Shown here in pieces: positions 40,404-49,409 of a stretch of DNA of 64,000 bases. The number at the start of each line of letters is the position of its first letter. Within the stretch, counting starts at the first letter, position 1. This stretch comes from an uncultured Chloroflexia bacterium (GTDB lineage: Bacteria > Chloroflexota > Limnocylindria > Limnocylindrales > CSP1-4). The notes below the pieces were generated by a model. It was not told where the DNA came from and ran no database searches. It saw only the letters and a list, made by a program, of their open reading frames with translations. The translations under genes were made by a program, and so were the position numbers. The DNA is taken from the NCBI GenBank assembly GCA_963712745.1, contig CAVQJC010000014.1, forward strand, positions 8,141 through 72,140. The letters run 5' to 3'.

Positions 40404-41424
40404 GGTTCTGGCGACGGCTGTCACGCTTCTGATCACGCTGGCCGCCATAACGCCGTCGGCCGTCGACGCGGCGGACGACGACGCGGGCAGCGGACCGTTC
40501 GAGGTGGTCATGGTCACCTGGCGTGGCTGCGAGGATGCCTGCGCCGGCTTCTGGGACTACCTCGACGCTGTCGGCCTCGACGTCTCCCCGACCATCCTCG
40601 ACGCGAACCAGGATCGCGACCGACTGCCAGGCCTGGTCGAGCAGATCGACGCCCTGGATCCCGACCTCGTGGTCACCTGGGGCACGTCGGTGACGCTGGG
40701 GATCATCGGCACCGTGGACGGAGAGGAGGGGCCTCGCATTGACGATGTGCCGGCCATCTTCATGATCGTGGCAGACCCAGTGGGTGCCGGGATCATCTCG
40801 GAGACCGGCGTCTCCGGCAGGCCGCTCGTCACCGGCACGCACAATCGTGTGCCCGAGGCCGTGCAGATGCGTGTGCTGGCGGACTACCTCCCATTCGATC
40901 GTATCGGGGTCATCTACAACGACGACGAGCTCAACGCGGTGCTCAAGGCGGAGGAAGTCCGCCGGGTCGGGGCGGAACAGGGATTCGAGGTGGTTGAGCG
41001 CGTGCTAGCCAAGGACAAGGACGGTGTACCGCTGGTCGACGATATCCCGGTTGCCGTGGCGGAGATCGCCGACGCGGACGTGGACCTCATCTACCTTGGT
41101 TCGAGCTCGTTCCTGCTCGACAACGCAGACCTGTACACCTCGTCCGCGCTCGACCAGGGCCTGCCGCTGGCTACGGCCTACGAGGCCATGGTGCGAGACT
41201 CACAGGCCCTCATCGCACTCGGCAGTGCGTACTACAACGTGGGCCAGCTCGCCGGCTTTCAGGCTGAGCTGATCCTGCGCGAAGACCGGATCCCGGGGGA
41301 CCTCGAGGTCGTCGGCCTGGACAGGTTCAGCGTGGTCGTGAACTTGGCGACTGCCAGGCAGCTGGAGCTCTACCCGCCCCTGCTCTTGCTACGATATGCG
41401 GACGTCGTCGATTCGAGCCAGTGA
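40396..41424 (+). CDS. Substrate-binding protein (ABC_sub_bind family)
   Basis: Signal peptide, DLVVTWGT, VADPVGAG, IGVIYN..E.N, YYNVGQLAG, VVNLATA. Confidence 0.85.
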   Translation: MSRVLATAVTLLITLAAITPSAVDAADDDAGSGPFEVVMVTWRGCEDACAGFWDYLDAVGLDVSPTILDANQDRDRLPGLVEQIDALDPDLVVTWGTSVTLGIIGTVDGEEGPRIDDVPAIFMIVADPVGAGIISETGVSGRPLVTGTHNRVPEAVQMRVLADYLPFDRIGVIYNDDELNAVLKAEEVRRVGAEQGFEVVERVLAKDKDGVPLVDDIPVAVAEIADADVDLIYLGSSSFLLDNADLYTSSALDQGLPLATAYEAMVRDSQALIALGSAYYNVGQLAGFQAELILREDRIPGDLEVVGLDRFSVVVNLATARQLELYPPLLLLRYADVVDSSQ

Positions 41425-41550
41425 ACGACCCCATCGTTCACATCTGGCCGGTCATTCGATTGGACAGCCGTACGATGGGGACGTAGCCTCGGCCTCCGAC
41501 AGCGACCGGGGGGAGCCGGCCAGCCGTGGCCCACGAAGGAGGAATCCCCG

Positions 41551-42405
41551 ATGTCCGACTACGCCAACCCCAACGCACTGGTCAGCCCCGAGTGGGCACA
41601 GCAGCACCTGGACGATCCCGGCGTCCGCTTCGTGGAGGTGGACGTCGATACCGAGGCCTACAGCCAGGGACATATCCCCGGCGCGGTCGGCTGGAACTGG
41701 GAGACGCAGCTCTCGGATCGCGTCCGGCGCGACATCGTCAGTCGCGAGGAGCTCTCCGAGCTGCTCTCGAACTCGGGTATCGGCCCGGAGACACACATCG
41801 TGCTCTACGGCGACAACAACAACTGGTTCGCGGCCTGGGCCTACTGGCAGCTACGACTCCACCGCGTGGAACGCGTGAGCCTCATCAACGGAGGCCGGGC
41901 CTACTGGCTGGAGAACGACCTGCCGCTGGTCCCCGATGTACCCGACTATGCCCCCACGGGCATCGAGGTGGCCGAGCCCGACTTTGCCACGCGCGCCTTC
42001 CAGCGCGACGTGGCCGACCAACTGGGTGATCCGGACCTGGCCCTGGTCGACGTCCGTTCCCCGGCCGAGTTCTCGGGCGAGGTGATGGCGCCCCCGGGTA
42101 TGAGCGAGACGGCGCAGCGAGCGGGGCACATCCCCGGCGCCGAGTCAGCACCATGGGCCCAGACGGTCAACGAGGACGGCACGTTCAAGTCGGCCGATGA
42201 GCTGCGCGCCCACTACGAGGCCAAGGGCGTGACCGCGGACAAGGACGTGGTGGCCTACTGCCGCATCGGCGAGCGATCGAGCCATACCTGGTTCGTGCTG
42301 CACGAGCTGCTCGGCTACGAGCGCGTGCGCAATTACGACGGCTCGTGGACCGAGTGGGGCTCGCTCATCGGCGCACCCATCGAGAATCCGAGCGCTGGGG
42401 GCTAG
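41551..42405 (+). CDS. Thiosulfate sulfurtransferase (two-domain rhodanese, CysA/SseA-like)
   Basis: GHIPGA twice, DVRSPAEF, YCRIGERSSH, NYDGSWTEW. Confidence 0.95.
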   Translation: MSDYANPNALVSPEWAQQHLDDPGVRFVEVDVDTEAYSQGHIPGAVGWNWETQLSDRVRRDIVSREELSELLSNSGIGPETHIVLYGDNNNWFAAWAYWQLRLHRVERVSLINGGRAYWLENDLPLVPDVPDYAPTGIEVAEPDFATRAFQRDVADQLGDPDLALVDVRSPAEFSGEVMAPPGMSETAQRAGHIPGAESAPWAQTVNEDGTFKSADELRAHYEAKGVTADKDVVAYCRIGERSSHTWFVLHELLGYERVRNYDGSWTEWGSLIGAPIENPSAGG

Positions 42406-42411
42406 GACAGG

Positions 42412-42939
42412 CTAGGACGCGCCGACCTGGTCAGGGTCCAGGCAGAAGGTGAACATGCGCTCCGCCTCGATGCGCGCGTAGGCCACGCCCGGGTCGTCGA
42501 AGATGGCCGAGGCGGAGTCGCCGAAGCGGGCCCCGTAGTAGTCGAGCAGCACCTGGCGGAAGCCTCCGTCGTCATGCGACCTGGGGTCGATCTCGACGGC
42601 GCGACCGTGGGTCGTGACGCTGAGCGCTTCCGCCGGCAGGTAGGTGGCACTGACCGCGGGACGCCGTCGGATGTGACGGAAGCGCAGTGACGCATCGCTC
42701 GAGCCGAAGTACCACTCACCCCGGTAGAAGAAGCCGTCCACCGGGCCGGTGATGGGCCGCCCGTCGGAAGTGACCGTGGCCAGCGTCAGCAGGCACATAC
42801 CCTGGAGTCGATCGGCCAGCTGGCCGGCGGTCAGCCGGCGCTCGGGCGTGATGACCTCGCGGAGGTGCGACCCGGCCGACTCGTAGCTGGAGTCGAGCGT
42901 GGCCTGGAGCCGCGCCAGGTCCTCGGTCGTCTCGTGCAT
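42412..42939 (-). CDS. Pyridoxamine 5'-phosphate oxidase-like (split-barrel) protein
   Basis: LATVTSDGRP..PVD, RHIRRRPAVS. Confidence 0.8.
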   Translation of the reverse strand: MHETTEDLARLQATLDSSYESAGSHLREVITPERRLTAGQLADRLQGMCLLTLATVTSDGRPITGPVDGFFYRGEWYFGSSDASLRFRHIRRRPAVSATYLPAEALSVTTHGRAVEIDPRSHDDGGFRQVLLDYYGARFGDSASAIFDDPGVAYARIEAERMFTFCLDPDQVGAS

Positions 42940-42962
42940 CGGCCGGCGGCTGTCTGGTGCGA

Positions 42963-44027
42963 CTAGCCGCCGATAGCCAGGCCGTTGGCCGCCAGCGCGG
43001 CGGCACGGGAGCTACGGTTGCGCTTGGCCTCCTCGGGCACCTGGTCGCGGGCGTGGTAGGACGAGCGCACGAGCGGTCCCGACTCGACATGCTTGAAGCC
43101 GAGCGCCAGGCCTTCCGCCTTCATCTCGACGAACTCATCAGGATGGACGTAACGCTCCACCGGCAGGTGGTTGGGGGTGGGGCGCAGGTACTGGCCGAGG
43201 GTGAGGATGTCGCAGTCGACCGCGCGCAGGTCGCGGAACGTCTGGCTCAGTTCCTCGCGCGTCTCACCCAGGCCGACCATGATGCTCGACTTGGTGTGCA
43301 CGGTCCCGGGCCGGCCGGCGAACTCGAGAGCCATGGCCTTGGCGTCGGCGAGGACTCGCAGCGAGCGGTCGTACCGGGCCCGCTTGCGCACCGGCTTCTG
43401 CAGCCGTTCCACGGTCTCGACGTTGTGGTTGAGGATGTCCGGCGCCGCCTCCATGACCGTGCGCAGGTCGGCGTCGAGGTAGTCGGGGATGAGCACCTCC
43501 ACGCCCATGGCCGGACTGCAGCGGCGCATCTCGCGGATGGTCTCGGCGAAGATGCGGGCACCGCCGTCATCAAGGTCGTCGCGGCAGACGCTGGTGACCA
43601 CCACGTGCTCGAGGCCCATGACCGCGACCGCTTCGGCCACTCGACGCGGTTCGTCGTCGTCATCCCAACTCGGCCGGCCGGTCTTGACCGCACAGAATCC
43701 GCAGGCGCGGGTGCACGTGTCGCCGAGGATCATGACCGTGGCCGTACGCTCCTCCCAGCACTCGCCGATGTTGGGGCACATGGCCTCCTCACAGACGGTG
43801 TTGAGCGTCTGGCCCTTGACCAGGCCCTTGAGCTCGTTGTAGTTGGCACCGGTCGGCAGCTTGGCCTTGATCCACTCGGGATGGCGCTTGCGATCGGGGC
43901 CGGTTCGAGCCGCGGTGGCGTCGACCGAGCCGCCCATGGCGATGGTCAGCGGCTGACCGATCTCGGGCGAGCCGTGGCTGTGACAGCCCCCGCTGCCGTT
44001 GCTGAAGATCGGGAGTTCCTTGGCCAT
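42963..44027 (-). CDS. lipA: Lipoyl synthase
   Basis: [27 protein letters not shown]. Confidence 0.97.
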   Translation of the reverse strand: MAKELPIFSNGSGGCHSHGSPEIGQPLTIAMGGSVDATAARTGPDRKRHPEWIKAKLPTGANYNELKGLVKGQTLNTVCEEAMCPNIGECWEERTATVMILGDTCTRACGFCAVKTGRPSWDDDDEPRRVAEAVAVMGLEHVVVTSVCRDDLDDGGARIFAETIREMRRCSPAMGVEVLIPDYLDADLRTVMEAAPDILNHNVETVERLQKPVRKRARYDRSLRVLADAKAMALEFAGRPGTVHTKSSIMVGLGETREELSQTFRDLRAVDCDILTLGQYLRPTPNHLPVERYVHPDEFVEMKAEGLALGFKHVESGPLVRSSYHARDQVPEEAKRNRSSRAAALAANGLAIGG

Positions 44028-44030
44028 GTC

Positions 44031-45572
44031 CTACCAGATGGGGGTGTTCTGGTCGACCGCACCGAGCCAGGCTGCGACGTCCTGCAGGAAGGCACCCGCC
44101 TGGGCACCGTCGGTGGCCCGGTGATCGATGGCGATGCACATGTTCATCATCGAGCGGACAGCGATGGCGTCGCCCTGGTCCTCCAGCACGACCGGCCGCT
44201 TCACGATCTTCTCCATGGTGATGATGGCGACCTCGGGCACGTTGATGATCGGCAGCGTCAGGATAGAGCCGGTCCAGCCGGTGTTGTCGACGGTGAAGGT
44301 GCCGCCCTCGAGATCCTCCGGCCGAAGCTTCTTGTTGCGGGCCCGCTTGGCCAGGTCGTTGATGGCGGCGTTGAGGCCGTGGAGGCTGAGGTCCTGCGCA
44401 TTCTTGATGACCGGCACCACGAGACCGTCGTCGACGGCTACGGCGATGCCGATGTTGATGGCCTTTCGACGCCAGTGCCCTTCTTCGGTCCAGTGGGCGT
44501 TGAAGTCGGGGAAGCGGCGCAGGGCCTCGACACAGGCCTTGGTCATGTAGGCCACGTAGCTCATCGACATGCCTTCGCGCGACTTGTAGTCGGCATTGAC
44601 GGCAGCGCGGGCCTTGACCACCGGGGTCATGTCGACCTCGATGGTGATGTAGGCAGCCGGCACTTCGACGAAGCGCTGCATGTGCCTGGCGATGGCCTTG
44701 CGCATGGGCGTGAGCTGCTTGAGCGAGTCGCCGTGCTTGACGGGGGAGTCGGTGGGGTCGGCAGCGGGCGGGGCGGGTGCCAGGGCTGGCGCGGGTGTCA
44801 GGGCTGGTGCGGATGCCAGGGCTGGTGCAGGTGCCAGGGCTGGCGCGGGTGCCAGGGCTGGCGCAGGTGCCAGGGCTGGCGCGGGTGCCAGGGCTGGTGC
44901 CCCCGAAGCGGGGGCCGGACCGGAGCCGTTGGTCGCGCCGGCCGAAGCTGCCTCGACGTCAGCGCGGGTGATGCGGCCGCCCATGCCCGAGCCGGCGATG
45001 GCGGTGACGTCCACCCTCAGCTCGCGTGCCAGGCGACGCACGGCCGGGGTCATACGCATGTTGGTGGGGACGACGACAGGGGCCGCTGGGGCGGCGGTGG
45101 CCGGTGCCGTGGTCGGCATGGGGGTCGCGGGGGCCTGGGTCGCTGGTGCCTGGGCCGCAGGTGCGGGGGTCGGCTGTGCCTGGGTCGCTGGTGCCTGGGC
45201 CGCAGGTGCCTGGGCCGCAGGTGCGGGCGGCGGCGGCTCGGCTCCAACGGCCGTAGCGCCGGCCGCCTCGCCCGACGTGCCCGGGGCCGCCGCCGCATCT
45301 GCCGGTTCGGCTGACGCTCCCGGAGCGGCCGTCGCGCCGGCCGCGTCCACCTCGGCGATGGGCGCATCGTTGCCCACGGTGTCGCCCTCGGAGACGAGGA
45401 TCTTGGTGAGGGTGCCCTCGAACGGTGAAGGGACCTCGGCGTTGACCTTGTCGGTCACGACTTCGACCAGTGGGTCGCCCACGCGAACGGGGTCGCCGAC
45501 GGCCTTGAGCCACTTCCCGATGGTGCCCTCTTCGACGCCTTCACCGAGCTGGGGCATGGTCACCTGGGGCAT
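44031..45572 (-). CDS. 2-oxoacid dehydrogenase E2 (dihydrolipoamide acyltransferase)
   Basis: Lipoyl domain (TDKV), E3-binding TPAVRRLA, catalytic DHRATDG. Confidence 0.95.
   Translation of the reverse strand: MPQVTMPQLGEGVEEGTIGKWLKAVGDPVRVGDPLVEVVTDKVNAEVPSPFEGTLTKILVSEGDTVGNDAPIAEVDAAGATAAPGASAEPADAAAAPGTSGEAAGATAVGAEPPPPAPAAQAPAAQAPATQAQPTPAPAAQAPATQAPATPMPTTAPATAAPAAPVVVPTNMRMTPAVRRLARELRVDVTAIAGSGMGGRITRADVEAASAGATNGSGPAPASGAPALAPAPALAPAPALAPAPALAPAPALASAPALTPAPALAPAPPAADPTDSPVKHGDSLKQLTPMRKAIARHMQRFVEVPAAYITIEVDMTPVVKARAAVNADYKSREGMSMSYVAYMTKACVEALRRFPDFNAHWTEEGHWRRKAINIGIAVAVDDGLVVPVIKNAQDLSLHGLNAAINDLAKRARNKKLRPEDLEGGTFTVDNTGWTGSILTLPIINVPEVAIITMEKIVKRPVVLEDQGDAIAVRSMMNMCIAIDHRATDGAQAGAFLQDVAAWLGAVDQNTPIW
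44775..44900 (-). repeat. 7 x 18-bp coding repeat (APAPAL) in the E2 linker
   Basis: cagggctgg every 18 bp from 44781 to 44889. Confidence 0.9.
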
Positions 45573-45656
45573 GAGTCGACTCCTGGGAATTCCGTTCGCT
45601 GGACTGGGATGGGCACTACTCGAGTCAAGGACTCCATGATAGCGACCCCTCCGATT

Positions 45657-45677
45657 CGGACCCTGATACAGGGTCCG
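45657..45677. promoter_or_regulatory. Perfect 9-bp inverted repeat between divergent E2 and HTH gene
   Basis: CGGACCCTG-ata-CAGGGTCCG. Confidence 0.55.
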
Positions 45678-45727
45678 TGAAGTGCCGGGTAACGGCGTGT
45701 GAAGCGAGCATCGGCACCATCGGCGCC

Positions 45728-46456
45728 ATGGACGACGTACGCATCGGCAATACCCTCCGCGTCATCCGCATCCGCAAGCACCTGCGCCAGTGCGACGTCG
45801 CCCGCCGCGCCGGCGTTTCGCGCCAGGTCGTCGGCCGACTCGAGAACGGATACGCGGGCCGATACACGCTCGACACCATCCGCTCGATCGCGAACGCCCT
45901 CGGCGCTCGCTACGACGGACGGCTGCACTACCGGGGCGCCGAGCTCGATCGTATCGTCAACGCCGCCCACGCCGAGCTCCACGAGTCGGTCGCTGCACAC
46001 CTCGAACGCCTGGATGGCTGGACATGGCTGCCCGAGGTGACCTTCGCCCACTACGGCGAACGCGGCATCATCGACATCCTCGCCTGGCATGCGGAGACGC
46101 GTAGCCTCCTCATCATCGAGTTGAAGACCGAGCTGGTCGACCCCCAGGGTCTGGTAGCGGTGATGCATCGTCGTGTTCGCCTCGGTCGCACGGTCGCGCG
46201 ACAGCACGGCTGGGATCCCTCCTCGGTGAGCGCGTGGGTCATCATCCGCGACACCGCCACCGAGCGGCGCCGTGCGAAGAGGCACGCACAGCTGCTTCGC
46301 AAGGCGTTCCCGCACGAGGGTAGGACCGCGCGTGCATGGCTATCGCACCCACGCGGCCGACTCAGCGCTCTGTCCTTCTGGTCAGATGTCACGCCGGGTG
46401 GCGCTAGCAAGGTGCCCGTGCGCACTCAGCGCGTCCGGGTTGCTCATCGGCCCTAG
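45728..46456 (+). CDS. XRE-family HTH protein fused to a PD-(D/E)XK nuclease-like domain
   Basis: LRVIRIRKHLRQCDVARRAGVSRQVVGRLENG; HAELHE...PEV...IDIL...IIELKTEL. Confidence 0.8.
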   Translation: MDDVRIGNTLRVIRIRKHLRQCDVARRAGVSRQVVGRLENGYAGRYTLDTIRSIANALGARYDGRLHYRGAELDRIVNAAHAELHESVAAHLERLDGWTWLPEVTFAHYGERGIIDILAWHAETRSLLIIELKTELVDPQGLVAVMHRRVRLGRTVARQHGWDPSSVSAWVIIRDTATERRRAKRHAQLLRKAFPHEGRTARAWLSHPRGRLSALSFWSDVTPGGASKVPVRTQRVRVAHRP

Positions 46457-46572
46457 ACCCCGCAGGAGCCAAGCGTGACCGGACATGTCGGAGATCGCTG
46501 TTGACGTGCCCTGGCCGACGGGGCGGCCGACCATCTGGCTAGGGCCACCGAGGATGACATCTGACTAGATGG
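46374..46572. repeat. 41-bp imperfect inverted repeat overlapping the 3' end of the HTH-nuclease gene
   Basis: 46374-46414 matches the reverse complement of 46532-46572 at 32 of 41 positions without gaps; perfect core GTCAGATGTCA. Confidence 0.8.
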
Positions 46573-46590
46573 CGGCGAGGCCGCCAGCGC

Positions 46591-46690
46591 GGGCCTGTCG
46601 CCAGCGGCCGAGGCCTGTCGCCAGCGGCCGAGGCCTGTCGCCAGCGGCCGAGGCCTGTCGCCAGCGGCCGAGGCCTGTCGCCAGCGGCCG
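46591..46690. repeat. 5 x 20-bp tandem repeat
   Basis: (A/G)GGCCTGTCGCCAGCGGCCG five times. Confidence 0.95.
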
Positions 46691-46718
46691 CGCGCAGCCG
46701 CGCCCCACGGCCGCGGAG

Positions 46719-48152
46719 CTAGAAGTTGATGGACTTGCCGTCGACGGCCATGGCCGCCTCGCCCATCGTCTCGGAGAGCGTGGGGTGCGGGTGGACGGCA
46801 GAGCCGACCTCCCAGGCGGTGGCCTCGAGCAGCATAGCCGTGGAGGACTCGGCGATGAGCTCGGTGACCTGATGGCCGATCATGTGCACGCCCAGCAGCT
46901 CGTCGGTCTCGGCGTCGGCGATGACCTTGACGAAACCGGTGGTGTCGCCCTCGATGATGGCCTTGCCCGACGCCATCATCGGCATCTTGCCGACCTTGGT
47001 CTTGAGGCCGCGCTCCGCGCACTGCTCGGAGGTGAGGCCGATCGAGGCCACCTGCGGCCGCGAGTACGTCGCTCGCGGCATCTTCACGTAGTCGATCTCC
47101 TCGACCTCGAGCCCGGCGATGGCGTGCACCGCGGCGATGCCCTCGTGCGTGGCCACGTGCGCGAGCCACAATCCGCCGGCGATGTCGCCCACGGCATACA
47201 AGTGCGGGTCGGCGGTGCGCATCTCCGCGTCGGTCTGGACGATGCCGCGGTCCACCACCGCACGCGTCGTCTCGAGACCGATGTCCTCGACATTGGCAGC
47301 TCGACCTGTGGCAACCAGCATCTGCTCGGCACGCAGCTCGGCCGGCTCGGCGCCCTCGGGGCCAACCATCAGCGACACGCCCGAGTCGTCTGCCTTGACC
47401 GCTCCCGTGTCGAAGCGCGCCGAGGTGATGACCTTGATGCCGCGCTTCTTGAAGGCGCGCGCCATCTCCCTCTGGATCTCACCGTCTTCGAGCGGCACCA
47501 AGCCCGGCAGATACTCGAGCACGGTGACCTCGGCACCCATGTCGTGGTAGTAGGAGGCGAACTCGACACCCACCGCACCGGCGCCCACGACGATGATCGA
47601 CTCGGGCATATGCGAGGAGCGGAGCACGTCGTCGGACGTAACGATGCGCTCGCCATCCGGCACCAGCCCCGGCAGCGATTTGACCCGCGAGCCGGTGGCC
47701 ACGATCACGTCCGTGGCCTTGAGGATGGTCTCGCCGGTCGACTTGCCCTCGCTGTCGGTCGTCTTCACCCGGACCTGCTGCGGGCCTTCGAGCCGGCCGC
47801 GGCCGACGATGTACTCGACCTTGTTCTTCTTGGCCAGACTGGTCACGCCCTTCACCAGGCGCGAGACGATCCGGTCGCGCCGCTTGGCGATGGCCTCAGG
47901 GTCGGCCGATACGTCGGCGGCCGAGATGCCGAACTCGGTCGAGTGCTTCATGTGGTCGAGCAAGTCGGCCGAAGCGAGCATGGCCTTGGTCGGGATACAG
48001 CCGATGTGCAGGCAGGTGCCTCCGAGGCCCATGGGGTTGTCGTCCACGAGGGCGACCTTGAGCCCCAGCTGGCCGGCGCGGAACGCGGCGCCGTAGCCGC
48101 CGGTGCCGCCGCCGAGGACGACGATGTCGAAGGACTGGGTTTCGTTGGGCAC
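46719..48152 (-). CDS. lpdA: Dihydrolipoyl dehydrogenase (E3)
   Basis: GGGTGG, GGTCLHIGCIPTK, GAGAVG, HPHPTLSE; GTG start at 48152. Confidence 0.96.
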   Translation of the reverse strand: MPNETQSFDIVVLGGGTGGYGAAFRAGQLGLKVALVDDNPMGLGGTCLHIGCIPTKAMLASADLLDHMKHSTEFGISAADVSADPEAIAKRRDRIVSRLVKGVTSLAKKNKVEYIVGRGRLEGPQQVRVKTTDSEGKSTGETILKATDVIVATGSRVKSLPGLVPDGERIVTSDDVLRSSHMPESIIVVGAGAVGVEFASYYHDMGAEVTVLEYLPGLVPLEDGEIQREMARAFKKRGIKVITSARFDTGAVKADDSGVSLMVGPEGAEPAELRAEQMLVATGRAANVEDIGLETTRAVVDRGIVQTDAEMRTADPHLYAVGDIAGGLWLAHVATHEGIAAVHAIAGLEVEEIDYVKMPRATYSRPQVASIGLTSEQCAERGLKTKVGKMPMMASGKAIIEGDTTGFVKVIADAETDELLGVHMIGHQVTELIAESSTAMLLEATAWEVGSAVHPHPTLSETMGEAAMAVDGKSINF

Positions 48153-48205
48153 GGTGGACCTCGGAAGAACGTGATTCGGACGGGTGCGATGGTAGCAAAG
48201 CACCC

Positions 48206-48502
48206 GCATCGCGCTCGCTTCAGACCGGCGCCACACCTGCATCGCGCTCGCTTCAGACCGGCGCCACACCTGCATCGCACTCGCTTCAGACCGGCGCCAC
48301 ACCTGCATCGCGCTCGCTTCAGGCCGGCGCCACACCTGCATCGCGCTCGCTTCAGACCGGCGCCACACCTGCATCGCACTCGCTTCAGACCGGCGCCACA
48401 CCTGCATCGCACTCGCTTCAGACCGGCGCCACACCTGCATCGCACTCGCTTCAGACCGGCGCCACACCTGCATCGCACTCGCTTCAGACCGGCGCCACAC
48501 CC
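48206..48502. repeat. 9 x 33-bp tandem array (VNTR, no spacers)
   Basis: GCATCGC(G/A)CTCGCTTCAG(A/G)CCGGCGCCACACCT starting at 48206, 48239 ... 48470. Confidence 0.97.
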
Positions 48503-48529
48503 AAATCGGCCGACCTATACTCGCCCCGC

Positions 48530-49198
48530 GTGGACGACCTACCCCTGACCCTCCTCCTGCTCGCCATGGGCTATCTCGCCGGCTCGCTGCCGATGGGCGT
48601 CATCGTGGCCCGCCTCACCGGCGGCACCGACCCCCGGACCGTCGGCTCCGGCCGCACCGGCGGCACCAACATGCTGCGCGCCGGCGGTTGGGGCCGGGCC
48701 ATCGCGGTCGCCTCACTCGACCTGGCCAAGGGCGCCGTGCCGATCCTCGTCGCCCGGGCTCTCGGTGCCCCGGTCGAAGTCCAGGCACTGACCGGCCTGG
48801 CCGCCGTCCTGGGCAGCTGGAAGTCGGTCTTCCTGGGTTTCCACGGCGGGCGCGGGGTGGCCACCGGCGTCGGCGGCATGATCGCCATCGCACCCTGGAT
48901 CATCCCCATCGCGCTGCCTGCCTTCGCCATCGTCATCTGGACCACGCGCTACGTGTCGCTGGGCTCGATCCTGGGGACCGCCTTCGGGGCCGGCGTGGTC
49001 ATCGTGGCGATCGCGCTCGGCTGGCTCGACCCCGGCTGGCTGCTCTACGTCATCCCCGGCGAGATCATCGTGTGGGTCGCCCACCGCGACAACATCTCGC
49101 GCCTGCTGGCGGGGACCGAACGGAAGTTCCAGCCAGGCGACCGCGCGCCTACCCCGCCTCCGGGTTCAGAGACTCCCGAGGAACCGACCGAGTCCTAG
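48530..49198 (+). CDS. plsY: Glycerol-3-phosphate acyltransferase
   Basis: YLAGSLP, DPRTVGSGRTGGTN, DLAKG, GGRGVAT, YVSLGS, HRDNISRL; TATACT 8 nt upstream. Confidence 0.93.
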   Translation: MDDLPLTLLLLAMGYLAGSLPMGVIVARLTGGTDPRTVGSGRTGGTNMLRAGGWGRAIAVASLDLAKGAVPILVARALGAPVEVQALTGLAAVLGSWKSVFLGFHGGRGVATGVGGMIAIAPWIIPIALPAFAIVIWTTRYVSLGSILGTAFGAGVVIVAIALGWLDPGWLLYVIPGEIIVWVAHRDNISRLLAGTERKFQPGDRAPTPPPGSETPEEPTES

Positions 49199-49407
49199 CC
49201 CTGTCCGCCCCGGCCGAGCAACGAGCGCACCAGCACCAGGACGGTGCCGACCACGAGCACGAGCACGACCACCGGCATGGCGGCCAGGGCACCGTCGGCC
49301 CCCGGCAGCAAAGCGCTGGCCACGCTGGCGAGGAGCACGCCTGCGGCGAGCGCGGCGATGAGCAGCACCACCCGCCGGTCACGAGGGACGTGCCGTGGCT
49401 CTTCCAC
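49195..49407 (-). CDS. Small two-TM membrane protein
   Basis: 70 aa, two hydrophobic helices, directly after nnrE. Confidence 0.6.
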   Translation of the reverse strand: MEEPRHVPRDRRVVLLIAALAAGVLLASVASALLPGADGALAAMPVVVLVLVVGTVLVLVRSLLGRGGQG

Positions 49408-49409
49408 GG

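Noticed and set aside
42957-45314. 785-aa + strand ORF with GCQGWR repeats, and similar long antisense ORFs
   Set aside because: Shadow frames of lipA/E2 and other real genes, expected at this GC content.
48153-48500. Repeat-encoded N-terminal extension of LpdA, or RPAPHLHR / CRCGAGLK repeat proteins
   Set aside because: A 33-bp stop-free unit is open in many frames; E3 homology begins at the GTG at 48152.
48206-48502. CRISPR or TIGR-like guide array
   Set aside because: Units are contiguous and nearly identical, with no unique spacers and no cas or Nop-domain gene in the window.
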